A DNA stretch of 64,000 bases, taken from Hyaloraphidium curvatum SAG 235-1 (Eukaryota > Fungi > Monoblepharomycota). Positions 43,038-54,100 of the stretch are shown piece after piece (the first letter of the stretch is position 1; every line of letters begins with the position of its first letter). The stretch lies in NCBI GenBank assembly GCA_025558095.1, contig JAIVFI010000004.1, positions 744,001-808,000 of the forward strand. Reading direction: 5' to 3'. Both the position numbers and the translations under genes were made by a program. The notes under the pieces are model-generated. The model had not been told where the DNA came from, searched no databases, and was given only the letters and a program-made list of their open reading frames with translations.

Positions 43038-43637
43038 TCAGGGCAGCCAGCTGCACGTCGGGAACAGCAGGCTGTACGCGACGTACCGGTACCGCCCCTT
43101 GCGGATCTCATGGGCTGCCATGCCCAGGAACGTCGGCAGCAGCATAGCCCCCCCGACCCTCGCACTGCTCTTTGCTTTCGAACGGTCCACGAGGGCCTTT
43201 TGGCCTCCCAGCTTCACAAACAGGCCCGTAACGACAGACGTGAGCACGATCCAGCCGGCGTAGTTGACCAGCGGGATCCCGCGCCGCCCGTTGGGCCCGA
43301 CGATGTCCGCGGCATACGGCCCATCGTCCCTCCATTCCCAGAACCCCCGCTCGAGCATCGCCACGTCCATAACCAGATCAAGTGACGTGGCGACCGCCGC
43401 GGACGCCGCAGGCAGCAGCCACCCCCGCGTGTCCAACCCCGCCTGCACCGCGATGCCCTCGACCATCGCGAACGTGTTGTAGCCGATAGCGTACCACCCG
43501 AGCGCGACAGCAAGCGGAATTCCGCGCCATTGCGGCCGCGCGTGGTGGACGAGGCCTCGGTCCACGTTGATGGCGTGATACTCGGCCGCGACGGGAATGA
43601 AGGTGCCTAGCGCGAAGAAAAGCGCCGGTGTGGCTCC
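43038..43637 (-). pseudogene. CruF-like carotenoid 1,2-hydratase family (DUF422) membrane protein; 5' end apparently missing
   Basis: GIPLAVALGW, LDLVMD.....GFWEW, GIPLVNYAGW. There is no in-frame ATG upstream of the homologous region; the track ORF begins at TTG. Confidence 0.65.
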
Positions 43638-43640
43638 TTC

Positions 43641-43844
43641 GTGGACCCGACGAAGAGCTTCTACCCGGGCGAGAGCACGGACTACATCCTCCCCTATTTT
43701 GCGAAGTGGCACTACGTGGGGTGCTCGACCCCGAGCGCCCCGCTGAGCTGCCCGACCAACGTGCAGGTGCTCCAGACCTACCACGGGCAGACCCCGGACA
43801 ACACCCAATGCGCCCAGGGGACGGGCCTGTGGTGCGGGTACTAG
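43641..43844 (+). other. Orphan 3' fragment or terminal exon of a Cys-rich protein gene
   Basis: Strong GC3 codon bias, reading VDPTKSFYPGESTDYILPYFAKWHYVGC..SC..QC..WCGY*, followed by AT-richer UTR-like DNA. In-frame TAG at 43608 and no ATG. Confidence 0.45.
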
Positions 43845-43966
43845 GTCAACACAGCCAAAAACCTACGATGTATTCCCCGAGATAATCTATACCACTGCAG
43901 CCAATCTCCTTCAATTGCCATGATCCCGCCGGTGGAAAAGACCGGTGCCCAGTTCCGGCCGTGCAA

Positions 43967-44942
43967 ATGATGGGTCCCGTGAGTGATGATGGACGAATGG
44001 TCGATCCGATGATGCAAAATAGGATTGGAATCTCATCTTCATTTGTTTGGGTACCGTCGGATCCTGGCGGGCGACCGCGTCAGTCCGCGCTGACAGGCCA
44101 TTCGACTCCTTCGCCGAACCTGGCTCCAAACCCCGCGAATGCCGCGGCTCCCGGCGCGGAGCCGTTCGAGGTTGAGATAAAGATCCGAGTTGCCGGGCGC
44201 GACGCGTACGATGCGCTCCGGGAGGGCCTCGGGCGGACGTTCGGCGCGCCCGCCGCTGAGGAGCAGGAGAACCACTTCTTCGACGGCAAGGACCGCGAAA
44301 TGCGGGCATCTCCTTCCTGCGCCTTTACCGGAATCGCATCTGACACGACGGCCGCGATTCCCCAGGCTGGCCGCCAAGATGACCCTCCGCCTCCGCCGCG
44401 TGGCCTCCCAGCGCGGCGTGCGGTGGCTGCTCGCGCTCAAGGCCGACGCCGAGCTCTCGCCACAGGGACTTTCGACCGCGTTCGAAGACGAACGCGAGAT
44501 TGACGCGGCGAGCGCGTCGGCGGTGCTCTCGGACCCGCAAATTCTGGCGTCAGTGGACGACCGCGTCGCTGAGCTGGCGAGAACCAAGTATCCCTGCCGA
44601 GACTATGAGAGGATCGGTGGCTACTCGACTACGAGGCTCAAGTACCGCGCGGTGGTCGACGGGCATCTTGTCGTTCTGGAGCTGGACGAGACGCGGTATT
44701 CGTACTTTGCTGAGACGGCGTTCGAGCTCGAGGTCGAGGTGCCGGGAGGCAGCGGGCTGGGCGTCGGGAAGCTGAGGGAGTTTGTGTGGGTATCCACGGT
44801 ATCGCCGGCTGCCCTTCTCGCGCGGCAGCTGACGACGTTCGACGGACTGAACAGGGAGGACCTGCTGCGCCGGGACGGCATCCCGTTCTCGTACAGCCGC
44901 AGGAACAAGTTCCGCAACATGCTGGCCGGATCGATCGAGTAG
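43967..44942 (+). CDS. CYTH-domain triphosphate tunnel metalloenzyme (TTM3-like); spliced; start uncertain
   Basis: EVEIK (ExExK), QENHFFDG, LRLR, LELDETRY, FELEVE, YSRRNKF. Confidence 0.85.
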
Positions 44943-45747
44943 CACTTGTGCCGCGGCGGCTGGCCTCGTTAGCTTCACGGTTACAATGAAGGAGTGGACC
45001 CGCCTGATCTTACGGTTGCTGCAGGGCCAAAGGATCGGACATGAAGCCATGTGCAGAAAAGGCTCAAGTTGCAAAATCCCCCTAAAGATTATGGCCGCTC
45101 ACAGTATGCATTGGCCGTCCATGACGTCAAATCCGAAACTCGCCACCGTGTGCTCACGACAAGAGCACGGGGGCGTTCGCGGCACCAAGCGAACAAAAGC
45201 GGGGCGAGCACGGCGGATTCCGCTGCCTCGAGGTCCCATTCATACTTTTGGCTCATCGGGGACGTCGATGCGGTGAGTTTCTCCGCCGGACTCCAGCTTC
45301 GGCGATCGCAATAGGAGAAACCTCACGACTGAATCAGATAGAAACATAGCTCGATGCCTTTCGAGAGAAAACATGTTCGAGAACGACGAAACGGCCGTGA
45401 AGGAGGCCGCGATCATGTTTATGTTGTGATGTGTAGGCCCGAGTAGAAGTGATACGACAACCGGAAGGAACGGCTGGCGGCCGCACATCCTGGGACCTCA
45501 CGCGCATTGGGGCACCGGCGGGACCACATCCGTGCTTTGAATAAGCCAGATTCCGCCCTGTTTCCCTCCGCCGGGATGCAGCCGGAAGTGGCCGTACCGA
45601 AGACGCAATGCAATTGCGGCACGCCGCACTGCCACCCGGCCGCCCGGGCTGTGCCCCGCGATCCCGGCCGATCGCCGAGCATTCTCCCGCAGTGGATTCG
45701 CAGAGGAGCATCCTACTGACCGCAGCTCCGTTGGAACGGACCCCGCC

Positions 45748-47053
45748 ATGCGTTCTTCGCCAGTTGTGCTCGTCGCCGCGGCCGCCCTTATTTGCGCGGG
45801 GCTGCTCGCCGGCCCGGCCGCAGCCTCGCCAGCGGACGGCGGCCCGGCCGAGTTCCATGGGTATGCGCCATCTCGTCGCCTTCTCTTTCCGCAGAATGCC
45901 GAGAATGACTTGCGAACCCAGCGGGCGCCTCCCCCTCGCCCGGCGCCACAACCAGCCTCTTTGCACCCTGGCCACGCGCACGGTCGTCCGCACCATCCTC
46001 CGCCCTCGCATAACCCTCACTCGCACCAAATTTCGGACTCGGACCGAAACTAGGAAGGCGACCGCGACGGTGTGCCCCGCCCGGCAGTACTCGCCTCCGG
46101 CGCCTACCAACCCCGCCGGGCTTCCTTCCCCGCAGGTGGTCTCCGTGTCGATCCTACGGCCGCCCTCGGACGTGCTCGTAATCACTTCTACATCTCGCCT
46201 GACGGCAACCGTGACGGTGGGCCCCGCGTGCTGCGAGCCGGCTGGCAACCTCGAAAGGCGCAAGTTAGCTGATCCCGGATCCAGTCAACCGCCTTTTCCA
46301 CCCTGACGGCGACGAGCACGACATCTCTGACGGTACATCCATGTCCGCAATCCGGCCGGGGGCCTCATTCTTTCTCCCGCAGGAAACGACGACGGCAAGC
46401 GCGACACAAACGATAACAGTGGGCTTCCTTCCCACTAGCTCAGGGCCGGCCGCCGAGCTGATCCCGATCCCAGCTCACGACCGCGTCACCGACGACATCG
46501 ACGCTCACTGTTACGGCCACGGTAAAACCCCGTGCGGCGGGCGCCCCGTTCCAGATTGATGCGGCCCGCGCGGCATCAGGTCACCAGTACGGCCTCCACG
46601 ACCCTCTCTGCCACGGTAAGCTCTACGCTGACGACTTCTGTCACCGTGGGTCCCCGCCTTCCCCGCATCCGCCAAAAAATCTGACGAGGGTCTTCAGGCA
46701 ACGACGACCGCCTTCTCGACGGCAACCGTCACGGTTTGTCTGCTGGAATGGAGCCACCGGACTCTCATGCTGACAAATGCGCGGGCCAGGAAACCACCAC
46801 CGCATCAACAACATTTTCCGTCACCATAAGCTCCACGCTGACGACCTCAATTACCGTGAGTCCGTCGCCCCGCATTTGAGAGACAATCTGACGGGGGTCT
46901 TCCAGGCAACGTTGACCGCATTCTCGACGGCAACCGTGACGGTATGTCCACTGGAATGGGGCCACGGGACTCCCCTGCTGACGAATGCGCCGCCAGGCTA
47001 CCGTGACGCAATCGGTGACCTCGACAACGACCTTCACGGAACGATGTCAGTAA
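45748..47053 (+). CDS. Secreted Thr/Ser-rich (mucin/adhesin-like) protein encoded by micro-exons; 3' end uncertain
   Basis: Signal peptide MRSSPVVLVAAAALICAGLLA. Proposed exons: 45748-45860, 45895-46069, 46136-46216, 46285-46332, 46383-46418, 46474-46521, 46580-46645, 46698-46733, 46790-46855, 46906-46941, 46997-47053. All introns are GT..CAG. Confidence 0.8.
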
Positions 47054-47402
47054 ACCTGCAACGAGGCATGTCACATCCGCTGCAGATGCTTTCTGTTATT
47101 GGACGGGTGCCACAGCGCGACATTTACAGGGGTGGTCCGTTGGGGCGGTCAATCTACTTCTTCTTCCGCGGGGAAATCAAGACTACTGCCTACACGGCTC
47201 TCCCTTCAAAGCGTAAAGAAAAATCACTGAAGCAGCACACAGTATGAGTCCACGACCGTCCAGAGCGCCGGTGTGGCCGATTCTCTTGGCTACTAGCTCA
47301 CGGCGAAGAGCACGCCCACGTGGGCCGCGAAGCTCAGCCCCACCCACCCCCGCCTACCAGGTGCTTCCGCAGTATCCAAGTCATGCCTTCAAGCAAAAGC
47401 GA

Positions 47403-47732
47403 TCACGGTTTCTTCCACCCCAGCCCGGCAGCCAGGCTGGCCAACGCCTCCCGCACTCTCGACAGCGCCTCCTCGCCGCCGCTTCCAGAGCCCCAATCCC
47501 ATGCGAACAGCTCGGCAGCCCTTTCCCACAACGACGTTGTGCTGGCCCTCCTCTCCTCGGCTCCCCTGGGGCCGTGTTCGGGCGCACCTTCCCTGTCCGC
47601 GTCCTCCCTCTCGGCCTGGTGAAGGTAACCGCACGCCGGCACGCTCGAGAAAACTTCGTAGGCCTCGGAGCATTCCCCAAGGATCACCATAGCAGCGCAG
47701 AGTGACCTTGAGGAGCTTGAGGAGGAAGGCAT
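47403..47732 (-). CDS. Possible small hypothetical protein
   Basis: ATG ORF of about 109 aa with moderate coding-like bias and no recognisable motif. Confidence 0.3.
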   Translation of the reverse strand: MPSSSSSSRSLCAAMVILGECSEAYEVFSSVPACGYLHQAEREDADREGAPEHGPRGAEERRASTTSLWERAAELFAWDWGSGSGGEEALSRVREALASLAAGLGWKKP

Positions 47733-48150
47733 GGAAGTCGTCCGTCTGTCAGTCGTGCCTCGCCGGGTTGGCACGATACGGAAGTTGGGTAGGGGCACGA
47801 GACCGCGGTTTCGTCGCTCTCCGGTGGGAAAGAAAGGTCCGCTCCGTGCAGTCTGAACTTGCGGAGGCACTTGGCCGCGCGGGATGCCTGGTGTCCGGCT
47901 GGCTGGCTACCATCCTTCCACCGAAAACGCCGAATGACGTCAATGCCGAACGTCTCCGCGGTATGCTCGAGCGAAGGTTTAGAGTGCGCCCACAGCAACC
48001 AAAGAAGAAGGTCTCAAGGTGACTGCCCGTGATTCCCGCAGCCTCTAAGCCTCGTGCATGCAAGTTGGACTGCTCGGGGCCCGATCTGCGGGCTTTTTGC
48101 TCCAAAGCTCACGCGATCGCGCACATTGCGATCGGAGAAACCTCGATACA

Positions 48151-50874
48151 TCAAATGGATACATAGCTCGGCGCCTTGAGGAAGTAGAACACGTTGCCTG
48201 AACGACGTAGCAGCCGCGCCGTCCGCTCCCTCGCTCGCCTTCCCGCCGTCACCACCTCGTGGATGTCCCCGAGCACCGACGGGTTGTACACGAACGTGCT
48301 GTGCCGCACCCTGCCCGCGTTGGCGTCCAGGAAGGACGAGTCGACGACGTCGCAGTCGAGGAAGGCCTTGACCCGGGGGCAGGGCACCTTGGCCTTCTTG
48401 CGGAGGTTCGTGTTCTTGGAAAAGTCGCGCCCCTCCACGGGCAGCGGCCCCTCGATGCCGCCGTTTTCCTCGACCGGCATGCCAACGTGGGAGCTGTCGT
48501 CAGGCTGCAGCCGCGCCGCGGCCTCCTTCAGGTCCGTCTCGCGCCGCTTGAACGTGGCCCGGTCCGACGGGCTGGATGCCAGCGCACGGAGCTGGTCCTT
48601 GGTCAGCTCGACGATGTCGAGTGCGCCGGGCCACGGCGACAGCTCAGGCCAGAAGGGATCGACAAAGTAAGCGGCGGGGTTGCGCCCTGCGTCGCCAGTC
48701 GGCGGTCACTTCGGGTGCGGCGTTTGGAGAAAGATCGGATCGAACTCACCCATGGACAGCCGCCCGGTGAGAACCTCGGCCATCTCCAGCGCCTTGTCGT
48801 GGAAGTCGGTGTAGGAAGTGATGGAGTTCGTGAACTGCCGCAGGACGGGGAAGTGCACCCCGATGAAGTCCATGAGGTCGAGCTCGCCGTGGATAAGGGT
48901 CAGGGAGCCGAGCGCCGGCAAGGAAGGATCCCTGGGCGGGATTTGCGAGGAGTGGAGAGGTCGGAAGACGTCCTCGGCGAACTCGCTGAGCTGGCACGCG
49001 ACGCGACAGCCCATCCTATATGGCAGGAACGGGGGTTTAAGAGCTGGGCGGTGCGTATCGCCCGAAGCAATGCTCACGAATGGCCGATGATGTGGATCTT
49101 CGAGAAGCCGATCCGGTTGAGTAGCTGCAGGCACGCCTTGAGGTCGGCCTTGACGCCGTCGGATTTGGACATGTCCCGAACGGTGCGGAACGACGCAAAG
49201 GGGTACAAGCCTGCGGGCCTGCGACGAGTGCGAACGTCAGCGTGATCTCCAGAAGAGGGAGGAAAAAACAAGCCCAAACCAGTCAAAGGCGAAGAACTTG
49301 TAGTTCGGTCCAAAGCCGGCGAGCCCTCTCGCCTGGCTGATCTCGCAGACGGCCGTCTGTGCCGTGTTCCACAGGCCGTGAATGTATAGTACGCACTCCT
49401 CCAGGGTGGGATCCATCGGGGGATCCGAAAGCAGTCGCACCATTCTGTCCGCCGACGCCTCGGTCAAAGGTTTGGGCTCCATGAGCAGGGTCGCCTTGGG
49501 CAAATGCCGCAGGAACTTGCCCGCCACCGACACCTCCACCGCCGCCACGCCGACCGCCAGCCCGCCCGGATCCCGCGCAGGGTTGACGTTTCCGGAGTCC
49601 CACGCCGCCCGGTTGTTCCGGATCAGGCCGACCCTCTTAGCCGAGAAGGCCGAGCCGGTGCTTGTCACTGTCGACTCGAAGGGAGCCACAGGGGTACCGT
49701 GGTCGAACCAACCGACAAGCGCCTCGCCAAAGATCCCGTCGTCGAGCCACTCCCCGTACCCGTGCGGCAGCCCGTTCTCGTCCGTCGCGCCGCGGTAGGT
49801 GCACGTCCCGCGGTGCAGGGAGAGGACGAAGCGGTAGGAGAAGGAGCCGGGTCGCCCGGGGATGGGGTCCACGCGCCAGAGACGCCGCGTCCAGGCGTCG
49901 TCGATCAGTCCCTTCCGGAGGAGGTAAGGAAGGAGATAATGCCACAGCACGTGCCCCACGATGAGGCACACGGCGAGGAAAACGAACACCACAGTAAAGC
50001 TGACGAAGACCTTCTGGTACTCGCGCTCGAAGCGGTAGTCCGTGTCTTCCCCGCTCGCCTGGTAGGTCACTTTGAGGACGAAGACCGAGAGGACCCACAG
50101 GTCGAGCACAAGCAGCAGGCCCTTGATGTACCTGCTTGGCGAGTTCAGGAAGAACACCCACGGCAGCCCGACGAGCAGGACAAAGAAAAAGAACCACTCC
50201 TCGACCGCGACGCGGATTGAGGCGGCGCTCAGGTAGCCGAAGGCCTTCAAGATGGACAAGATGATGAAAAGGCCCGCGATGGCCGCGAAGAGAAAGATCC
50301 ACAGGCGGACGCCCAGCCTGGTTTCGGTGTACTCCCCGTTGGCGGCCCGCTCCAACGACCGGGCGAGCATGTGCCTGTAGGTGGCCAGCGCTCTGACCGA
50401 GCTCTTGCCGTCCTCCAGTTCGGTCCTGACCGGGTCTCGGTACAGCAGAGGCGGGCCGGAATAGGAAGACGCGGCGAGCCCGTGGGCCTGGAGGCGCGCC
50501 GTTGGGTCCAGCCTCCGCAGCCTGTAGCTGGCGGCCGTGGTGTCCACGTCGAAGAAGGGGACATACGGTCTTTCGAGCCGTCCGTTGGCGTCCGCGAGCT
50601 GTCCGTTTTCGGCAGAGTCCGGGAGCTGCCGCGTGGCGATGGTAACGACAGAGTCCGTGAGCTGTGTCCCGGTGGCAGAGTCCGCGAGCTGTCTCTCGGC
50701 GTCAGACCCCTCCAGCAGCTGCCTCTGGGCGGCATTGGCCACCTCCTGGGTGCCAGATCCCGCCTCCTGGCTTTGGGTGGAAGGCTCCGGGGGCCTTTCG
50801 TGTGAGACAGGCGCAGTTGACATCTCCGAGAGCTCCATCGCGGGTCCATCGTGTTCGGCAAGCTGTGCGCTCAT
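48151..50874 (-). CDS. Multi-TM membrane protein with a MORN-like segment and C-terminal alpha/beta-hydrolase (DUF900-like); spliced
   Basis: About four TM helices; YRGATDENGLPHGYGEW; VLYIHG..N, FFAFDW-P; nucleophile motif GHS|MG split by an intron; DKAL; RHSTF. Confidence 0.8.
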
Positions 50875-51121
50875 TGCCTTATCGTCGAAAACTGCTTCTC
50901 CGGTCCTGCATCGCCTCTACGGTCCTCTGGACGAAACGCCGTGATCGAGTCGGTGGTCGGATTTTCCTATTGTAGCTCCCGAGTCGGAGCACCAAAATTG
51001 TTAGCGGGCCTGGCGAACCACACGTGAAGGGCGAAACGGCGGTTGGAGCCGGGAACGCGCCATTGCTCGGTGCCGGCGCGTGTTCCGGGGACTCAGTGGC
51101 CGGAGATCGGCGCTGCCCGCC

Positions 51122-54100
51122 ATGGCGGCGACCGCCGAGGACGCCGGCGAGCTGAACGGCGCGGGCGCGGCGGAAGACGCGGTGCCGCCGCCGGACGCGG
51201 CCGCGCTGCTCTCTCTGATCTGCGCGCTCGCCGCGCCGTTTTTCGAGGCGTCGGCCGATGAGCTGCGCCGCGCTCTCGACGCCGACGGCGGCCTGGAGGT
51301 GTGCCGCCGCTTCGCGTCAGAGCCCGGCGCCGGAGCCCTCTTCGTGCGAAAGGAGGGCCGCGAGCCGAAGGCCGCCGGCGACGCCTCCCTGCCCGCACTG
51401 CCGCCCTCATTTTCATTCGCGCTCTCGGCCGCCCCGGCGTTCCCGCCGACGCTGCTGGCGACCATGGCCGTTGTCAAGCGCGGACCGCTTTCGTCGCTCG
51501 TGCCCCTGCCCGCGCAGCTGCAAACGATCACGCTGGGCGAAGGCGCGAACCCTTACGAGGCACTGTACGGCGTCGTGACGGGGGCTGTGGCGCCGGTGTT
51601 TGACGCGTGGAGCGAGATGGCCGGCAAGGGCGAGGGAGAGGGCAAGGAGCGTGGAGGTACCGTTCTCCGCTCGTTTCGTGGTCTCCGCTCTCCTGATCAG
51701 CGTTCAAATAAGGCGTGCCCGCTGCCAAGCGCAAGATTGCCGAGCTGTCACTGTCTCTGCTCTCGCTGCAGCAGAACGTTTCCATCCCCGACCCGCACCT
51801 CGTCATCCACCCCTCGATCCGCAACGCAATCGCCGCAGCGCGCGCACAGTCCCGCCGCGCATTCCCCGACGACCTTGGCGCCGCCGTCTCCGACGCCGCT
51901 TTCCTAAACCGGCTGCAGGCCGACGTCAACAGCTGGGTCCGCGAGATCCAGAAGGTCACGCGGCTGGACCGCGACCCCGCCCAGGGCTCCGCGGCCCAGG
52001 AAATTTCCTTCTGGCTCTCTATGGAGCGTGCACTCGCGTCTATCGAGGCCATGCTCCGCTCCGACGAGGTGCTACTCACCCTGGATGTCCTCAAGAACGC
52101 CAAGCGGTTCCACGCCACCGTCGGCTTCCTCTCCGATACGGGCCTCAAGGAAGCCGTCGATCGCGTGGGCCGCATATGCAACCCCTTCATGAAGGAGTTC
52201 CCCCTCTCGGACCTCCTCTCGGCCACGGACGTGGCGAAGGCCGAGGAGGCCGTAGAGGCCATCTTCAACCACATCAACAAGAAGATTCGCATCGCGCCCT
52301 ACCCCACCAAGCGCGCTCTCGCCCTCGTCGAGGCCGTCTCGCGCGACTTCAACGACGCCCTCGTGCGCATCCTCGGCGCGCACAGGCTGCTCTACCTCCC
52401 CTACCCGGACTTTGACGCCGCCACCGCGGGCTGCGACGCTCTGTTCCGTACCTGGGACGACCAGTCCAAGGACTTTGTCTCGATCGCGCGCGACCTGCAG
52501 CGCAAGCGCGGGGAAAAGTTCGTTCCGATGAAGATCGCCCCCGCCCACGCCAGGCTGCAGGAGCGGATCGGGTACCTGCGCTCGTTCCGGCGGCAGCACG
52601 AGGAGCTCGCGCGGACCGTCGTGGGGGTCATGAAGGGCGAGGGCGGCGGGCTGGCAGGGGAGGACGCGGCGGAGGACATCAACGCAGCGTACGAGCTCGT
52701 GCGGAGCGTGGACGTCCTTGACGTGTCGCCGGGTGGGTTATTCCGGCAGACGCCCGCCCTTTCAGGGACTGACTCCCAACCCCCTTGTCGGCAGAGGGCA
52801 CCGACACCTGGGTCTCTGCAGAGACCATGTACAACGAGCGCATCTCGCGGGTCGAGAACGCCATCATCGTCTCGCTCCGCGACCGCCTCGCGACGTGCAA
52901 GAACGCCAACGAGATGTTCCGCGTCTTCGGCAAGTTCAACGCGCTGTTTGTGCGGCCAAAGATCCGGGGGGCGATACAGGAGTACCAGGCGCAGCTGATC
53001 GAGAACGTCAAGGAGGACATCAGGTTCGTCGCGGTCCGAGTGTTGGCGCTTCCTGGGCACTCATCTCGGCTGCCCATTCCACAGCAAACTCCACGAAAAG
53101 TTCAAGCAGCATTACCGCAACTCGACCGCCTACGTCATGAGCGGCGTGCGCGACGTCCCGCCCGTGGCCGGCGCCATCATCTGGGCGCGGCAGATCGAGC
53201 GGCAGCTGGCAGGCTACATGAAGCGCGTCGAGGACGTGCTTGGCAAGGGCTGGGAGCTCTACGCCGAGGGCCAGAAGCTGGCGGGGGAGAGCAGCAGCTT
53301 CCAGAAGAAGCTCGACACCCGGCCGATCTTCGAGGCGTGGCTGGCTGAGGTGCAGAAGAAGGAGCGCGAGACGCGGATCGGCGGCCGACTTTTCGACATT
53401 GTGCGCACGCGGACCATCGGTTCGGACGGCGAGCCCGGGGACGGCGCGGGGATCCAGCAGGTCCTGCGCCTGGTCGTCAACTTCGACCAGTCCCTCGTCG
53501 GCATGTTCAAGGAGGTGCGCAACATGCTCTGGCTCGGCTTCTCGGTCCCGCACACGGTCTCGCAGCTGGCGAGGGACGTGCGTCGGATATACCCCTACGC
53601 AGTGGCGGTGACCGAGGTGGTGCGGACCTACGCGCGGTCGTGCGACGAGATCGCGCGGCCGGCCAACGCCGGCGTGCCGGCGCTCGTCGCGGGGTACAAG
53701 AAGGACGTCCAGCAGGCCGTTTCGCGGGGCATGGCGCTGCAGTGGGACGGCTTCGGCGCCTTTTCGGACCACGTGGGGCCTGGCGGCGATCTGGGGAGGC
53801 ACGCCGCCTTCGTTAGGGACCTCGCTGGGGCGGTAGCCGTGTTCCAGGACAAGGTCGCCGCTGCGGTGGAGGCGAACCAGGTGGCCAAGCAGGCTCTCGA
53901 CGAGCTGCGGACCTGTGCATTTTCCAAGCAGGCTTTCGCAGGCATTCTGGAGCGCGTCCAGAAGCAGGTGCGTTCTCTCGGGTGCTCGCTCCTGCGCTCG
54001 ATGACCGACTTACTCCCATTTAGATCGACCACCTCAACCTCGAAGGCTACTCGAACTTGGAAGAATGGGTCAAGACATTGGATTCCACCGTCAAGAGCAC

